A stretch of DNA of 64,000 bases, taken from NCBI RefSeq assembly GCF_000143415.4, contig NW_003314265.1:2745181-2809180 (forward strand). Direction: 5' to 3'. The position numbers were made by a program, and so were the translations under genes. The DNA is from Selaginella moellendorffii. Taxonomy: Eukaryota; Plantae; Lycopodiophyta. A model generated the notes under the pieces. The model was not told the origin of the DNA, ran no database searches, and saw only the letters and a list, made by a program, of their open reading frames with translations. Shown piece by piece: positions 22,565 through 36,407 of the stretch (position 1 is its first letter; each line of letters opens with the position of its first letter).

Positions 22565-25500
22565 TGTTAGGCGCCAGCTTTGACTACGTGGTCAACGTCG
22601 GTCAAAGGGAGGCTCAAGGGTATATTAAGGCATGTTAGGGTAAGGGACTTAACCTACCCTAGGGCTCACAGTGGAGTGGCGGCGCAGTGGAGCTTTTGAG
22701 GTAGCTCGGGGGTGGTTGGGTGGTGAGGAACCTCAAGAGGTGGCGTAGCATAGTCTAGGGCAACGAGATCTTTGTTTTTTTTGCGCCGGATCATAACATT
22801 GGTATCAGAGAATTGGTTGCGATGGCCGACCAAGCTGAACGCTGGAATCCTATCATTGATGGTGGTGCCGACGATGGTGCCGACGAAGCTGCGGAGATTT
22901 GGACCATTCAAGATGTGGTTCATGAGCTGCGAGCCCTTAATAAAAATCAGCAAGAGATGCAAGACGAGATGCATGGCATGATGGATACCATGCGTGGGCG
23001 TGTTGAGGCACTCGAGGCTGGACGGGGTAGCGCTCCAAGTAAGCCTTCTTTGGTAGATCGACTCAAGATTCCAACCTTTTCCGGTGATGGTGGTGTGGAC
23101 GAGTGTCTTGCTTGGCTAGCCAATGTGAAGAAGTTTTTGGCTGCTAGAGGAACTCCAGATGCAGAGGCTTTAGTGGCTATTCCGATGGTTTTGCGTGATG
23201 CGGGTCTTCGATGGTGGAATTGGCTTGAGGAGTCCCGTGTTGCGGATAAGAAACCACCAGTGTCTACCATGGATGAGTTTGAGGCTGCTTTCCGTTTACG
23301 TTTTGCCCCTCATTACGATGTGGAGAATGCTCGTACAGAACTTCGACATTTCCAGCAAGGGAAAATGACGCTCGGGGACTATATTGAGAAGCTTACTCGC
23401 TTGATTAGTCGTGTTCCAACGAAGGATCCAGATCAGAACAAGTCCTACTTCATTGATGGCCTACATAGTGAGAGCATGCGGCAACACTTGCGTCATTCTC
23501 AGCCTACAAAGAGTTTGGAGGAGCTCTTTGATGCGGCTCGTCGCCTTGACAATGACAAGCACAAGTCTCGCAAGCGTTCGCGGAGTCCTTCTGTTGAGAA
23601 TCGTCGTGATGATCGCCGTGGACACAAGGATGGGAACAAGCATCACAAGTTGAAGTCGGTGGTGACTACTTCGGATGCAAAGGGGTCCAAGAAGCAGAAG
23701 TTCTTTGTGAAGAATTATAGACAAGGTTGTCATCATTGCGGCGAACTTGGACACTACAAGGCTGATTGTCCGCAGTTGAAGAACAAGCAGCAGGACAAGA
23801 AGAATGGCCAATCTTCTTCTCACGGTAAGTCCGATACTAAAAAGTTGCAAACTTTGCAGCGTGAGGAGGAGGAGAACGACCATTCCGGTCAGAGGAAGCG
23901 ACTTTCAATCGTTGCTCGTCAGCTCAACTGTGTGTGGAACAAGATGGAGCTTGAGGATACGCGTGAATCAGCTTTAATGCTGGAGGGCGTGTTCCGTGGC
24001 GATCCAGTGCGGATTTTACTGGATAGTGGGAGCGATGACAACTTTGTTTCGGCAAAGTTTGTTGCGGAGCATCGCTTGAACACACGTGGAGTTCTTCCAT
24101 ACACAGTGGAAGGTGCAGCTACCTCTGCTCAGCATTTCGATGCTTGTGTCGAGGGGCTGGAAGTGTTGGTTGGCAAAACCACACTTGTGGAGACTTTTTA
24201 TCTCGCGGATATCCATCGTGTGGATCTCATTCTTGGGATGCCATGGTTGGTGAAGGTGGATCCAGAGATAAAGTGGAGCATTAAGCGTATCTCGCTGGAG
24301 TATGGTGGAGTTAAAGATGTGTGGTTTGGCGAGGGCGTTCAACCACCAGTTGTTATGCTCTCTGCTACATCTTTGAAGCGGGCTTGTCGTAATGGAAAAG
24401 CACTTTCGAGTTACTTGCTGTTTGTTCGTGACTTGGGCGACCAAGGCACGTGTGGGGGAGAAGCAGCAGTACGGGATGTACTCGACGAGTTTTCTGATGT
24501 TTTTCCATCTGAACTTCCTCATGGATTGCCTCCATTACGAGGTGTGGAGCATGGGATTACATTGGAGCCGGGGACGCGGCCAATTTACCGGCGTCCATTT
24601 CGGTTAAGTTATGCGGAGGAGCAAGAAGTTCAGCGACAAGTCAAGGAGTTACTTGAGTTTGGATTTATTCAGCCAAGTAAGTCTCCGTTTGGTGCTCCGG
24701 TCTTGCTTGTGAAGAAGAAGGACGGTTCAATGCGGATGTGTATTGACTACCGTGCTTTAAACAAGAAGACAGTAAAGGACAAGATGCCGATGCCACGTGT
24801 GGATGATATCCTAGACAAGCTTGGTGAAGCACGAGTGTTTACCAAGATTGATCTGAGGAGTGGATATCATCAGATTGCAATGGATGATGCATCTATCTCC
24901 AAGACGGCATTCAACACAAGCTTCGGACATTTTGAGTTTACAGTTATGCCGTTTGGTTTGACGAATGCACCGGCCACATTTACTCGGTTGATGACGGAGG
25001 TCTTTGGGCGTTATCTTCATGAGTTTGTGGAGATTTTCTTGGACGATATTCTTGTTTTTAGCAAGAATATGGAGGAGCATAGGGTGCATTTGCGCAAGGT
25101 CCTTTTGTTACTTCGAGACAGCAAACTTTATGCGAAGAAGAGCAAATGTGAATTTGCAAAGTCGGAGGTGGAATATCTAGGCCATATTGTGACATCTAAG
25201 GGTGTCAAGACGGATCCAAGGAAGGTGGCTGTGGTGGAAAACTGACCTACACCGACTACAGTGGCCGAGTTGCGCAGTTTTCTTGGTATGGCTAGTTACT
25301 ACCGACGTTTCCAGCATAAGTTTGCAGAGGTGGCTATTCCATTGACGCGGTTGTTACGCAAGAATGTGCCATTCGAGTGGAAGACGCCACAAGAGGAGAG
25401 TTTTGTGGCGCTGAAACGATTGTTGATCGAGGCTCCAGTGCTTCGCATTGCTGATCCATCGAAACCTTACGAGGTGACATGCGATGCGAATGGTTATGCA

Positions 25501-27479
25501 CTGGGAGGAGTTCTCATGCAAGAGGGACAACCTATTGCATATGAGAGTCGAACTTTGAATTCCGCGGAGCAACGCTATTCCACATATGAGCAAGAGTCTC
25601 TATTGTTCATGCTTTGCGGACGTGGCGGCACTATCTTTATGGTGCAGTGTTCGTGGTGTTGACAGATCACAAACCACTTGTGTATCTTTTCACACAGAAG
25701 GAGTTGAACACTAGGCAAGCTCGTTGGATGGTCAAACTCATGGAGTTTGGGGAGTTTCCTATTGAGCATCGTCCGGGAAAATCAAATGTGGTGGCGGATG
25801 CTTTATCTCGTGTTCGTCATGTGACGATGTTACGAACACGATTTTGTCATCATTTGAGTAAGGTGGTCAGCGAGTTTGGGCAGTTGGTTGAGCATGCTCA
25901 GGCTCAGGATGCTGAGGTGGCCTCTTTGCGAGACCAGATGGAAGCTCCTTTCTCATTGGTGGATGGGATTCTCTACTACAATGGCCGTGTCTATTTGCCA
26001 CGGGTGGATGCGTTAATTACTCAAGTTTTATTCCACTATCATGATCGTCCAGAGGCTGGTCATTTTGGGGGGAAGAAGACATATGAGTTGATTAAGCGCA
26101 ACTTTTATTGGAGGAATATGAAGGCTGATATCCTCAAGTATTGTAAATCATGCGAGCTTTGTCAGCGGGTTAAGGTGCCACGGGAGAAGCCGGGGGGACT
26201 TTTGCAACCTTTACCTATTCCTCAGAGCCGTTGGTGTAGTATCTCTATGGACTTCATCACTTGTTTGCCACGAACACAGAGGCAAAAGGAGCAAGTATGG
26301 GTTATAGTAGATCGGTTGACGAAGTATGTGCGGTTATTGGCTCTTCGGAAGACTGTCACTGCCTCAGACTTGGCTGCGGTTTATTTGGAGAAGGTTTTTC
26401 CTGATTTTGGTTTGCCGGAGGACATCATTAGTGATCGAGATTCAAAGTTCACCAGTGGATTTTGGAAAAGCTTTGCAAAGGCTATGCAAGTGACTTTGAA
26501 ACTCTCGAGTGGAGATCATCCTCAGACGGATGGGCAAACTGAGCGTGTGAATCAGGTGGTGGAGGATATGCTACGTTGTAGCATTGGTCAAAGGCAAGGA
26601 CAGTGGGATCTATATCTTCCGTTGGTGCAATTTGCTTACAACAATAGCCAACACAGTGGAACCAAGCTAAGTCCTTACTTTGCGATGTTTGGAAGGCATC
26701 CTCGAACAGCGGTGGAGTTGGGATTGCATTTGAGTAAGGACGTTCAAGAAAAGCTTGATTCCGAGGCAACTGATCTGGCCACAGAACTTGATGAGATTCT
26801 GGTGGTATGCAAACGGAATTTGCAAGCAGCTCAGGATAGAGCGGAGAAGTTTGCTAATGAGCATCGCCAATTCCGGGAATATAAGGTGGGTGATCTCGTC
26901 TTTGTGCGAGTGATCTTTCCGTCAAGTGAGCGGCGGAACACCTTGGTGCCTTTACGGATAGGGAAGAGTGATAAACTCTCCCATCGATATGCTGGTCCAT
27001 ATGAAGTGCTGGAGCGCATTGGTAAAGCGGCTTATCGGGTGCGGCTGCCAGCTGGGGTGAAAATTCATCCGGTATTTTATGTCAGCCAGTTGAAAGGTGT
27101 ACTATCTCGGAGTGACGGGCCCAATGCCTCCTTGATGTATACGGCTGTGGAAGATGGACTAGGAGCTTGAGCAGGATTCCCCAGAAAGGGTGATCACCGG
27201 TACAACTCGTCCTTGGGACTAGGACTTTGTTGGGGGGGGAAGAATTGTTAGGCGCCAGCTTTGACTACGTGGTCAACGTCGGTCAAAGGGAGGCTCAAGG
27301 GTATATTAAGGCATGTTAGGGTAAGGGACTTAACCTACCCTAGGGCTCACAGTGGAGTGGCGGCGCAGTGGAGCTTTTGAGGTAGCTCGGGGGTGGTTGG
27401 GTGGTGAGGAACCTCAAGAGGTGGCGTAGCATAGTCTAGGGCAACGAGATCTTTGTTTTTTTTGCGCCGGATCATAACA
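22565..27479 (+). mobile_element. Full-length young Ty3/Gypsy retrotransposon (element C) with identical 234-bp LTRs and TSD GACTT
   Basis: LTRs 22565-22798 and 27246-27479 (TGTTA...TAACA); GACTT at 22560-22564 and 27480-27484; PBS TGGTATCAGAG at 22800-22810 (tRNA-iMet); PPT 27232-27244. Confidence 0.97.
22813..27170 (+). pseudogene. Gag-pol of element C with a nonsense codon (TGA 25243-25245) and a frameshift near 25600
   Basis: Gag, [14 protein letters not shown] knuckle, protease [16 protein letters not shown], RNaseH CDANGYALGGVL, integrase HHCC and SMDFIT...ISDRD...TDGQTERVN, GPY motif. Confidence 0.95.
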
Positions 27480-27772
27480 GACTTAGCCTCTGCCTCTTCC
27501 GTAGCATCTCTAACAGGAGTTTCCTCCTCTCGATTCACCCGTCTAGAGGTTTCAGCATCATCAGCACGGTTCCTTTTCACCATCCCACTAGCTGTATACA
27601 TGCCTCTATCAATAACTGAACATGCACAACGTTCTTTCCAAATGATGCAATCCAACTAATCCTACATAGTTCGCTTCGGATCTACTAGAAAAGTCTCTGC
27701 ATATGCAACTTGAGTCAGAAAATCCGACAAAAGTTGGATAGGAATCGCTGAGACAATTTATTTGATACTAAA

Positions 27773-29210
27773 TGTAGCGCACATGAATTTGGAGCCGAAC
27801 CCCAAGCCCGTTGCGCTACGAAACGAGGGTCTGGTACAATCCCACAAGCACTAGCTCCCTGTATCTAGCACCTGCACGCAAAATGGTGTCAGACGGAGTC
27901 TGGCACAATTTTGGCATACTGGTGGCCTAACACGAGGAGGAAGGTACCCCACCAACTAGAGCAGAGTGGAGCTTAGGCTTAGACCCAAACCAGACACAAA
28001 ACAAGAAGCGATCCCTACTATACATTTGGAACCCCCCACAGCCCCCCCCCCCCCCCCCCCNNNNNNNNNNNNNNNNNNNNNNNNNNNNNNNNNNNNNNNN
28101 NNNNNNNNNNNNNNNNNNNNNNNNNNNNNNNNNNNNNNNNNNNNNNNNNNNNNNNNNNNNNNNNNNNNNNNNNNNNNNNNNNNNNNNNNNNNNNNNNNNN
28201 NNNNNNNNNNNNNNNNNNNNNNNNNNNNNNNNNNNNNNNNNNNNNNNNNNNNNNNNNNNNNNNNNNNNNNNNNNNNNNNNNNNNNNNNNNNNNNNNNNNN
28301 NNNNNNNNNNNNNNNNNNNNNNNNNNNNNNNNNNNNNNNNNNNNNNNNNNNNNNNNNNNNNNNNNNNNNNNNNNNNNNNNNNNNNNNNNNNNNNNNNNNN
28401 NNNNNNNNNNNNNNNNNNNNNNNNNNNNNNNNNNNNNNNNNNNNNNNNNNNNNNNNNNNNNNNNNNNNNNNNNNNNNNNNNNNNNNNNNNNNNNNNNNNN
28501 NNNNNNNNNNNNNNNNNNNNNNNNNNNNNNNNNNNNNNNNNNNNNNNNNNNNNNNNNNNNNNNNNNNNNNNNNNNNNNNNNNNNNNNNNNNNNNNNNNNN
28601 NNNNNNNNNNNNNNNNNNNNNNNNNNNNNNNNNNNNNNNNNNNNNNNNNNNNNNNNNNNNNNNNNNNNNNNNNNNNNNNNNNNNNNNNNNNNNNNNNNNN
28701 NNNNNNNNNNNNNNNNNNNNNNNNNNNNNNNNNNNNNNNNNNNNNNNNNNNNNNNNNNNNNNNNNNNNNNNNNNNNNNNNNNNNNNNNNNNTTACCACCT
28801 GGTGTAAATCTAGACACTTTCCATAATTAACATTTGGGACCAGAATAAGACTAACACAAAAGGCATGATAGCAAGGGTGTTTGGCAAATACGGTAAGTTA
28901 TCATCTAGCGAATATTGAGGGACTAGTCTTAATATCACAGGGGTTCCCAACACTAGCAAGTGCAAGTCAGCATCATGAGTTTCTTGTCACCGTGTCAAGT
29001 ATGTTTGACTTAATGACAACTTAGGATTTCCTTCCTTAATGCCCTTCCGGTTTAATTGTACATGTGCTGACCAATTTCTCAACTAACTTGGGTGGAGACC
29101 ATAAAGGGAACCAGCAGTATCGACCTCCTGCCGTCGTGGCAGTAAGGAGAGAGTGTCTGTAAGGACTAGCCGACAAGTATCTTTTAATACCCGAAGTCAC
29201 ATTCACGATA
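27773..29210 (-). repeat. 5' LTR of element A (contains the assembly gap)
   Basis: Inverted homologue of LTR 16468-17601; a poly-C tract abuts the gap. Confidence 0.85.
28061..28790. other. Assembly gap
   Basis: Run of N. Confidence 1.
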
Positions 29211-29754
29211 CTCACACACGAGCTTAAGTGCAAAAATAATGCAAATGGTACATCTCAATCTATCCTATGAGCTTAAACACAAACTCATATTTTATAGTAT
29301 AAAAAGGTAACCAAAATCTATACCTAAGGAACAAATACAAAGTTATAGTACTCAAATATATACCCACTCAAACCATCATTTTCATCTTTGCATATACAAC
29401 AAAATTAATTACCTAATCTCATTAGATAGTACTCATTGAGATGTATCTTTAATACCAAATGTAACTATAACTTTCAAATTTAAATTTCCCAAAAAGTCAC
29501 CCAGTCTAATACTAAGGACACTTAACCCTAAGGATCTCAAAATCATTAACCAATTGAAAAAAGGGGTGTATGAACTTGACTTAAGGGTAAAGTGTCAAGA
29601 GAGTGGGGCTCTTGGGAGAGTTGCAACTCTCAACTTTTGTTTATAAGGTGTGAGTTTGCAAGAAAACATTATGAATTATAAGTAACTAAAGGGCACGACT
29701 TAAGAGATTATCCATATAGATTCAATACAGAGGGAAAAGGCTTTAGTTTTTTAT

Positions 29755-30717
29755 AGTAGTGCATATGGTTTTCACTTTTTACCCTATGGTGATTTACTAT
29801 AAAATAATTATGGAGTGAAATGTAAACCCTTTGGCCACGTGTCCAAAGGCAGTGGAGTGAAACTCAAGTTTTAGAGCCTTTGGCCACTGAACGAAGGGAA
29901 TTACCAAGTGTAGAGGTAAAGAGCAAAGGAAGTGGAGCATGAAACAACTCCTAAACAATAGCTTAAGGAACAAAGTAGTAAGAGCATGGAATGACATAGG
30001 ATCAGTTTTACAACATCTAACATATCAATGCCAAGAATAACATGCAAAATGGAGCCAAATAAAATTTAACACAACTTCAGCATACTAGTGGCTTAATGTA
30101 AGGAGCTACTATGGTATGAAACTTGGGCTTAAACCCAAGCCACACATAAAGCAAGAATAGACACACAAATGTTCCTAACCTAAACTATACTATGCCTAAG
30201 GTTGGTGCATCATACCCAATCTACCCACTATCCTTATTATACATTTGGAATGGTGTTAAATTATGAATTTGAATGTGGGAACAATACCATTGTGTTTAGG
30301 AAGATCTCTATATTTCATATATATATATCTAATTAGTAAATCTAGACACTTTTGATAAATAATTAATGGGACTAACACATAGGGCATGGTGTTTTAATGG
30401 ATATGGTAACTTATCATTTAGCGAGCATTGCGAGACTAAGGTCAATATTATAGGAGTTCCAAACATTAGCAAGTGCAAGCCAATAAATGAGTTTCTTTAA
30501 CCAGGTTAAATATATCTAACTAATAATACATAAGAATTCCATTCTTATGCTCTTTTGGCTAAATGCACATATAGAGATTAATTTCTCAATTAGATTAAGT
30601 AGAGATTGATAAAGGGTCCAGCAGTACTAACTTTTTACCATTGTGGCAATAAAGAAAAAATATCCAAAAGAACTCTCTGATAAATAACTTTCAATACTTA
30701 TAGTTATATTCACAACA
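29755..30717 (-). mobile_element. Old solo LTR of the A/B family
   Basis: Colinear, AT-drifted inverted homologue of 16468-17601 ending ...ATATTCACAACA; lacks the poly-G tract; no TSD visible. Confidence 0.8.
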
Positions 30718-32203
30718 TAATTCTTTAAATGATTTTAAAAAGGAGGCAAAAAGAAATATAATGTGTGATCACTACAAAAATTGAAGCTTATAGCATATGT
30801 GATTATAGGATGAGATTTAAATATACTATCACCGTGGATCCTTAGAATTTTGGGGAATACATGGGGATAAAATAGCTACTAAAAGCTTTTTTATCAAACA
30901 ATTGTTCTTTTTCCAATTAGCTTAAAGGGAGAGAGATAAGGTGTGTTACAAGCCCACTACAAAAATAAGTGCAAATCTCTTTAAAAGAGCTCATTGAAAA
31001 GAAAAAAAAAAGGCTGAGAATGTAAACTTTGTAAATAAATATTTTTTTTAACTATTTCTTCTAGTTATTTTAATTCTTTCATTGTCAAATCAATTTAATT
31101 ATCAAAAGAAGTGGTTTAATAAAATTAGAACAACTAACTGACTTATTGTAATTGGTTAAAAAATGAAGTATCTAGTGAATGAATATTAAAAATTCCTATT
31201 GAAAATAATTCTATAATATCTGTGAAAAATGCCTTATATATAATTAAAAATGCATTTTCTAATACTTTAATTACAGATATAGAGTCACTTTTGACAAAAT
31301 ACTTCATCAAAATGTTACTTATACAACAACCTTGAACCATATGTAGTAAAAACATTTAATTTATGATTTAAAGTATATCTCTAAAGATTTTGGTTCTTGT
31401 GGGTCTTGTATCAAAGGCATCCATAGATTTCTATATCCAAAATCCATTACTGTTATCACAAAAGCTCGTATATATGTAGACATGTATCTGAATCATTAAG
31501 TAGTAAACCTATATGCTTACATTTATTTTTGGCTCAATCATATAACAAATCAAATTCTATCTCTGACTATAGGTGAAACATGCCCCAAGGTTTTGGCAGT
31601 AATGAAGGCATTGCAGTTCTTGTCAAACACTAGCTAGCTGTCCCTATCAAGAATCGAAGATCTCTCTGTATTGTGCAAGGAAGAACTATCCAACCCCACC
31701 TTTCTCCTCTTTTTTCTTGTTGTGGCTAATACCGGAGTTGGGCTGTGTCGCATCTGGAGTCCAAGTAATCAATGTTATGCGCTGAGTTCTTGGACCGTGT
31801 CCCGTCTGGAGTCTAAGTAATCATGTTGTGTTGAATTCTTTTTTGATTGACCAAGATGTTAACGCACACAATGATTAATCGCAAACTAGAATTAATTTTT
31901 TCTAATAAATGAATGAGCGAAACTGAAGACATTCTTTCTTTCCTGCTCCGAACTCTTTATCATTCGTGGACAACTCAAATTTCCACAAATATCTTTTTCG
32001 CCTCGCTTGTACACAGGTTTATAATATTCACAACCAGGTTCTCACCTGGAGAGGAGCAAAATATTTTAGAACATCCTCACAAAAGAAACAAAAACTTGCC
32101 TGCGAAAGATGTCCTAACCAGCGTGAGTCGAATAGCAACTCACCCATTGTTAAGCCACCAGAGAAGTTTTCCAATCAAACGGAACACAACAAGCATCTCC
32201 ACT

Positions 32204-35200
32204 CTATCCATCATCCTTCGCTGCCTCCTCCCTACGTATTCTTTCCTCCTCCTCCTTATTAAATATAGCGTTCAATTGGCGTTCTAGCTGAAAACAGGAC
32301 AAAACAGAATAAAAATTAAATTAAAAAAATTAGAAGATAGTATAGTTTACCTGTACATTCCGTAATTTTACAATCTGCAATTCTTCCGCCAATAATCCCA
32401 CTCTGAAATTTCGTCTTTTAGTCTGGAAATCCAGGAACTTCTTACAAACCTAGATTGCAAATCGTTGAGTTGCTGAAGCAGTTCGCGCTCTTTTTCTGTA
32501 GGAGGGTCGGCCTAGAAAAGAAAAACACATTTTAGTCCAGAAAAGAGCATCACGTTGCAAAGAACTTCTACCATATCGTCACCACGGTAGAAGTTTCGTT
32601 GATTTGTAAACATCATCCGTGCAGCTATAACAGAAACCATGGAAGTATAAGATGGATGATCAAAGTGTTTATTGCATACCGGCCGGGACCTCTCCTGGAT
32701 TTACAGTACTCAAAAGACTCATCAAAATGTCCTAAAGAAAGAGAGAGAGAAAAAAAACCAAAAACATTAGCAAGAGAATCCTCGGAACTATCAACATGCC
32801 TGTTGTGTAGCGTTTTGATGAAGAAGAGTTTGGAGTTGAGGCATAATAGCAGCCACAGGAATGCTTGCAACTCCATTTGCGACCACAGGTTGGGACGATG
32901 ACGTTGGAAATTGCTGGAAAAATAAAGAAATTGTACCAATGACACATAAGGAAATAAATTTGTACCTGCATACTTGCTATCCTCCGATTGCTGGAGTGAT
33001 CCTATAATTAAAAAACACTTATTTACCAACAAAAATAATGTAGGAAAATACCTCCACAACACCAGTATCCCCTGATGTCACCCGAAATCTGCCTTTCACA
33101 AGCGTTCCCTTTGATTTTTCCTCTGAGGCCTCTTTGCTACCTGAGAAAGAAACAAAATGTTGAATCAGATGTTGTGACAGACACTCATTCTAGGATGCAT
33201 GACAAAGCTTTTAAGGAAGCCAGTCATTACAAGATAAACATGCCTGCTGAAGCTCTTGAAGGTCCTGGAGAACCATTTGCAAATCCACAAGGCAAAGGCC
33301 CACTGAATGATGAGCGGGTTCGCACTAGATCATCAATACCACGGACGGACAACCTGGTTGATTCAACATGTAAGACAGAGATCAAACAAGTAAAGGCAAT
33401 ACCTTTCTTTTTCTTCTCGAAAACACGCAAGAACGCGATCAGGTAGCAAAGGACCGCTAGCAGACTTCCGATGTTCTTCACCATCGAGTCGCCTTCTCTC
33501 TTTGTCATCCTTCTCGTCGATCTTGCGTGACTCTTTCTCTTCCCTCCGTGACTCGCTTTCGTCCACCTTCACCTTCATGCCTTCATGCCATCCAGGGCTC
33601 TCCATTTCCAGGTCATCTTCGAAAACGTCGAATCGCCCACTGTATAACGCATGTAAGAGTTCAGGACAAAATCGCAAAACAGAAACTTACATGTGCTTGG
33701 GTTCCTTTCTCCCAGCGGCTAGCCTGAATAAAACATTGAGCAAATATGACAGCGAACTTATAACGTTGCTTCTTACCCTTGCTTCCCATTAAACTTTGAA
33801 GGAATGATTAACCGTCCCCGAGCTGTTGAACGATCGGCAGCCTATCGAGTAAACAGAAAAACACACACTAGTCAACATAGAAAATCAACAGGAAATAAGG
33901 CTGAGCTTACATCGGTTGCACTTTCGGGTTTGGATGGTGGTGATTGAGCGCGTTCGTGATCAGGCAGTTCAACAATCTCGGGGCTTTCTTTGAAAAAAGA
34001 AGAATTTTCATCGTTCTTTTCAGGATACACGTCGTCGTCGTCTTGAATCTGATCCAACGAACTTTAGCAAGGTGTTAAAAACAAGTTTAATTACCAGCGC
34101 GGCCTGAGCCTTCAAATCCTCGACATCAAAATTCCAGCTGCTCACACCTCGTTTATACTCTTTCTGCATCAGCCCAACATTTTAAACACTTAATCATGGA
34201 GCCGGCGAAATGGCCCGAACCTGTGATTGTTCTTCCTGCTCGCCATATGGAATTTTCTTTTGCGCAAGTCGAGCAGCGTCATTTATCTGGAAATCAAGCA
34301 TAAGAAGACCGAGTACATCAGCTACTGATAAAAATTAATACCTTGAGAGTTCTCACTCGTTCCCATAATGGAGGTAGTCCTTCCAACACATGCCGAACCA
34401 AATATTCAGTAGACTTTGCACCTTTAAAAAACGAGTGCTTCAACAGCTTCTCCGCAGTAGGCCGTTTAGTTGGATCTTTCACCAAGCACATTGCAATCAT
34501 CTCCTTGAAAGACTATTTCACAAATAAAGATCTAGTCAGACGCCAGTGCTCGGTCTACCATACCTTAGAAAAACGTCGATCACGTTCATAATCAAGACCA
34601 GGAGGCGCATTTTGCAGCGTCATTAGTAAAACCTGGCAAGACACAGCGTGAGAGATTGCTCAAAACCGCAGCTTTCAGACCTTCATCGGAGGATATTTCG
34701 AAAACGGTGCATGCCCGTGAGCCAACTCCAACGCAGTGATCCCGAAGGACCAGATATCAGCCCTGCAGGACAACAACAACGCTTAGAAAAATTCTCATCG
34801 GCAAGAAGAAGAAGAAAAAAGAAGCTCCATTACTTAAAATCATAACCGTGTATCTGCTCCATGACTTCTGGAGCCATCCTACATTCACAAGGAAGGCCTT
34901 AACAACATAGTAAGTGATTAGATCATGAAACACACCAACAAGGGGTCCCCACAAACGTATTTCGGGATCGTTGACGATCCCCGGTATCGAAAAGGCAGGC
35001 CGAAACACCAAAGTCCCCTAGTTTTATGGCGCCATTGCTGTCGATCAATATATTCCCTGCCTGTGACAAGACCCCGGATCAAATATGAGATCACGTCCTA
35101 ATCCATTCGAGCACACAGACCTTCACGTCACGGTGAATATGCCCGTGACGATGCAAGTACTCGAGAGCTTTTAGAGTGTCCTTCAAGACCGTCGCGATGA

Positions 35201-35603
35201 CAGCCTCCTCAAAGCCATCCGGGTACGCTGCTTTCATGATGTGAAGGCACGAGCCGCCAGCCATGTAAGGCATGACCACCCAGAGGCTGTGCTCCACCAC
35301 GAACGAGCAGTACGCTCTCACGACATTTGGATGGTTTATCAGGCTCATGGTCTTGGCCTCTTTCCGGATTTCATCCTGCATGGAAGAAGAGAGAGCCATG
35401 AGAAGAAAGAGCTCTCATCCAGGATCGCCCAAGAAACTCACCAGATTGGAACTACATTTCTCCAAGTCGAGGCTCTTGATGGCCACAATCTCTTTGAAGC
35501 TGATGCACATCGCGCGATAGACCGTGGCGCTCACTCCCTGCCCTACCTCCTCGAGAAGCTGATAGTCACTGGCCAATGCCGGGTACTGCCTCTTGTCTTC
35601 CAT
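32204..35603 (-). CDS. STE20-family MAP4K (BLUS1/OSR1-SPAK-like) Ser/Thr kinase, multi-exon
   Basis: MEDKRQYP...[59 protein letters not shown]; C-terminal coiled coil ...[27 protein letters not shown]; canonical short introns. Confidence 0.92.
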
Positions 35604-36407
35604 GGCCACGCCACCACCAAGCAATTCCAGCCACTCCCCCCTAGAATTTATACACCATCCTCCACGGCCAGCACAGGTAGCAGAACCAATACAATTGCCC
35701 CAAATTCACGCACAGGAGCTCCAGCGGATCCATCCCCGGGAAGTCCTCCTTCCCTACTACAGTCTCTCTCTTTCTCTCTCCAATTCCCCCAGTCAAATCG
35801 CGACTTTGAATCCCAATTCCCCAGCCTTGACAAGGCGCCTGGATTCCTGAGCTCTCCCGGCAATCATCTTGACGAGCAAGAGAAACCTGTCCTGGAATTC
35901 GCTCAGCTGGTGGCAGATCTACACATACCGGCCTCCAATCGCCCCTGGCCGTCGCAGCTTCACGCCCATGCCCCAGAGCCGGTACCGCCCATGGCCGCGA
36001 CACAGGTTCCGCATGGCGAAACCCTAACCTGGCGCTCCTCCGCCTAAGCACTACCAGATCACGACTATTTCCTCCTCGCGCGGATCAATCAGCTCCATGG
36101 GCGCCGGGAATCGCCGCGCGCCATCTCCAATCCTGGCCCCTCTCTTCCTCTCTCCCTCTCCTCCCTTCTTCTCTCGCTCTTCTCTCTCCCTCCCTCTCGC
36201 AAACAAAAAGGAGTGGAATATATCTGAGGCCGAAATTATAAGAATGCGACCATGGCTGTTTTAAAAGAAAATGACCTAAAGATAACGGCGACAAGCTGTT
36301 AAGTTTTAGGGTTTCGTCCATTTTGTGTGCTCCCCGTGAAGGAGCACACGTAGCTACAAACAAGGCCAGAGAGGTGGGGGGATGGATCGAATTTCCTGGG
36401 CATTCCA

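Larger units (their letters stand above)
17602..29210 (-). mobile_element. Degenerate Ty3/Gypsy chromovirus-type retrotransposon (element A), carrying nested element C
   Basis: 5' LTR 29210-27773, decayed PBS TAGTATCAAA (27770-27761), gag split by element C, then PR-RT-RH-INT on the minus strand. The 3' UTR is cut at 17602 by element B. Confidence 0.88.

Noticed and set aside
27927-28826. Long ORFs spanning the N run
   Set aside because: Artefacts of the assembly gap.
31140-31620. Possible decayed hAT transposase on the minus strand
   Set aside because: Too degenerate; no motif could be read with confidence.
35241-36051. Long ORFs antisense to or upstream of the kinase
   Set aside because: GC-rich shadow frames and 5' UTR with no recognisable protein features.
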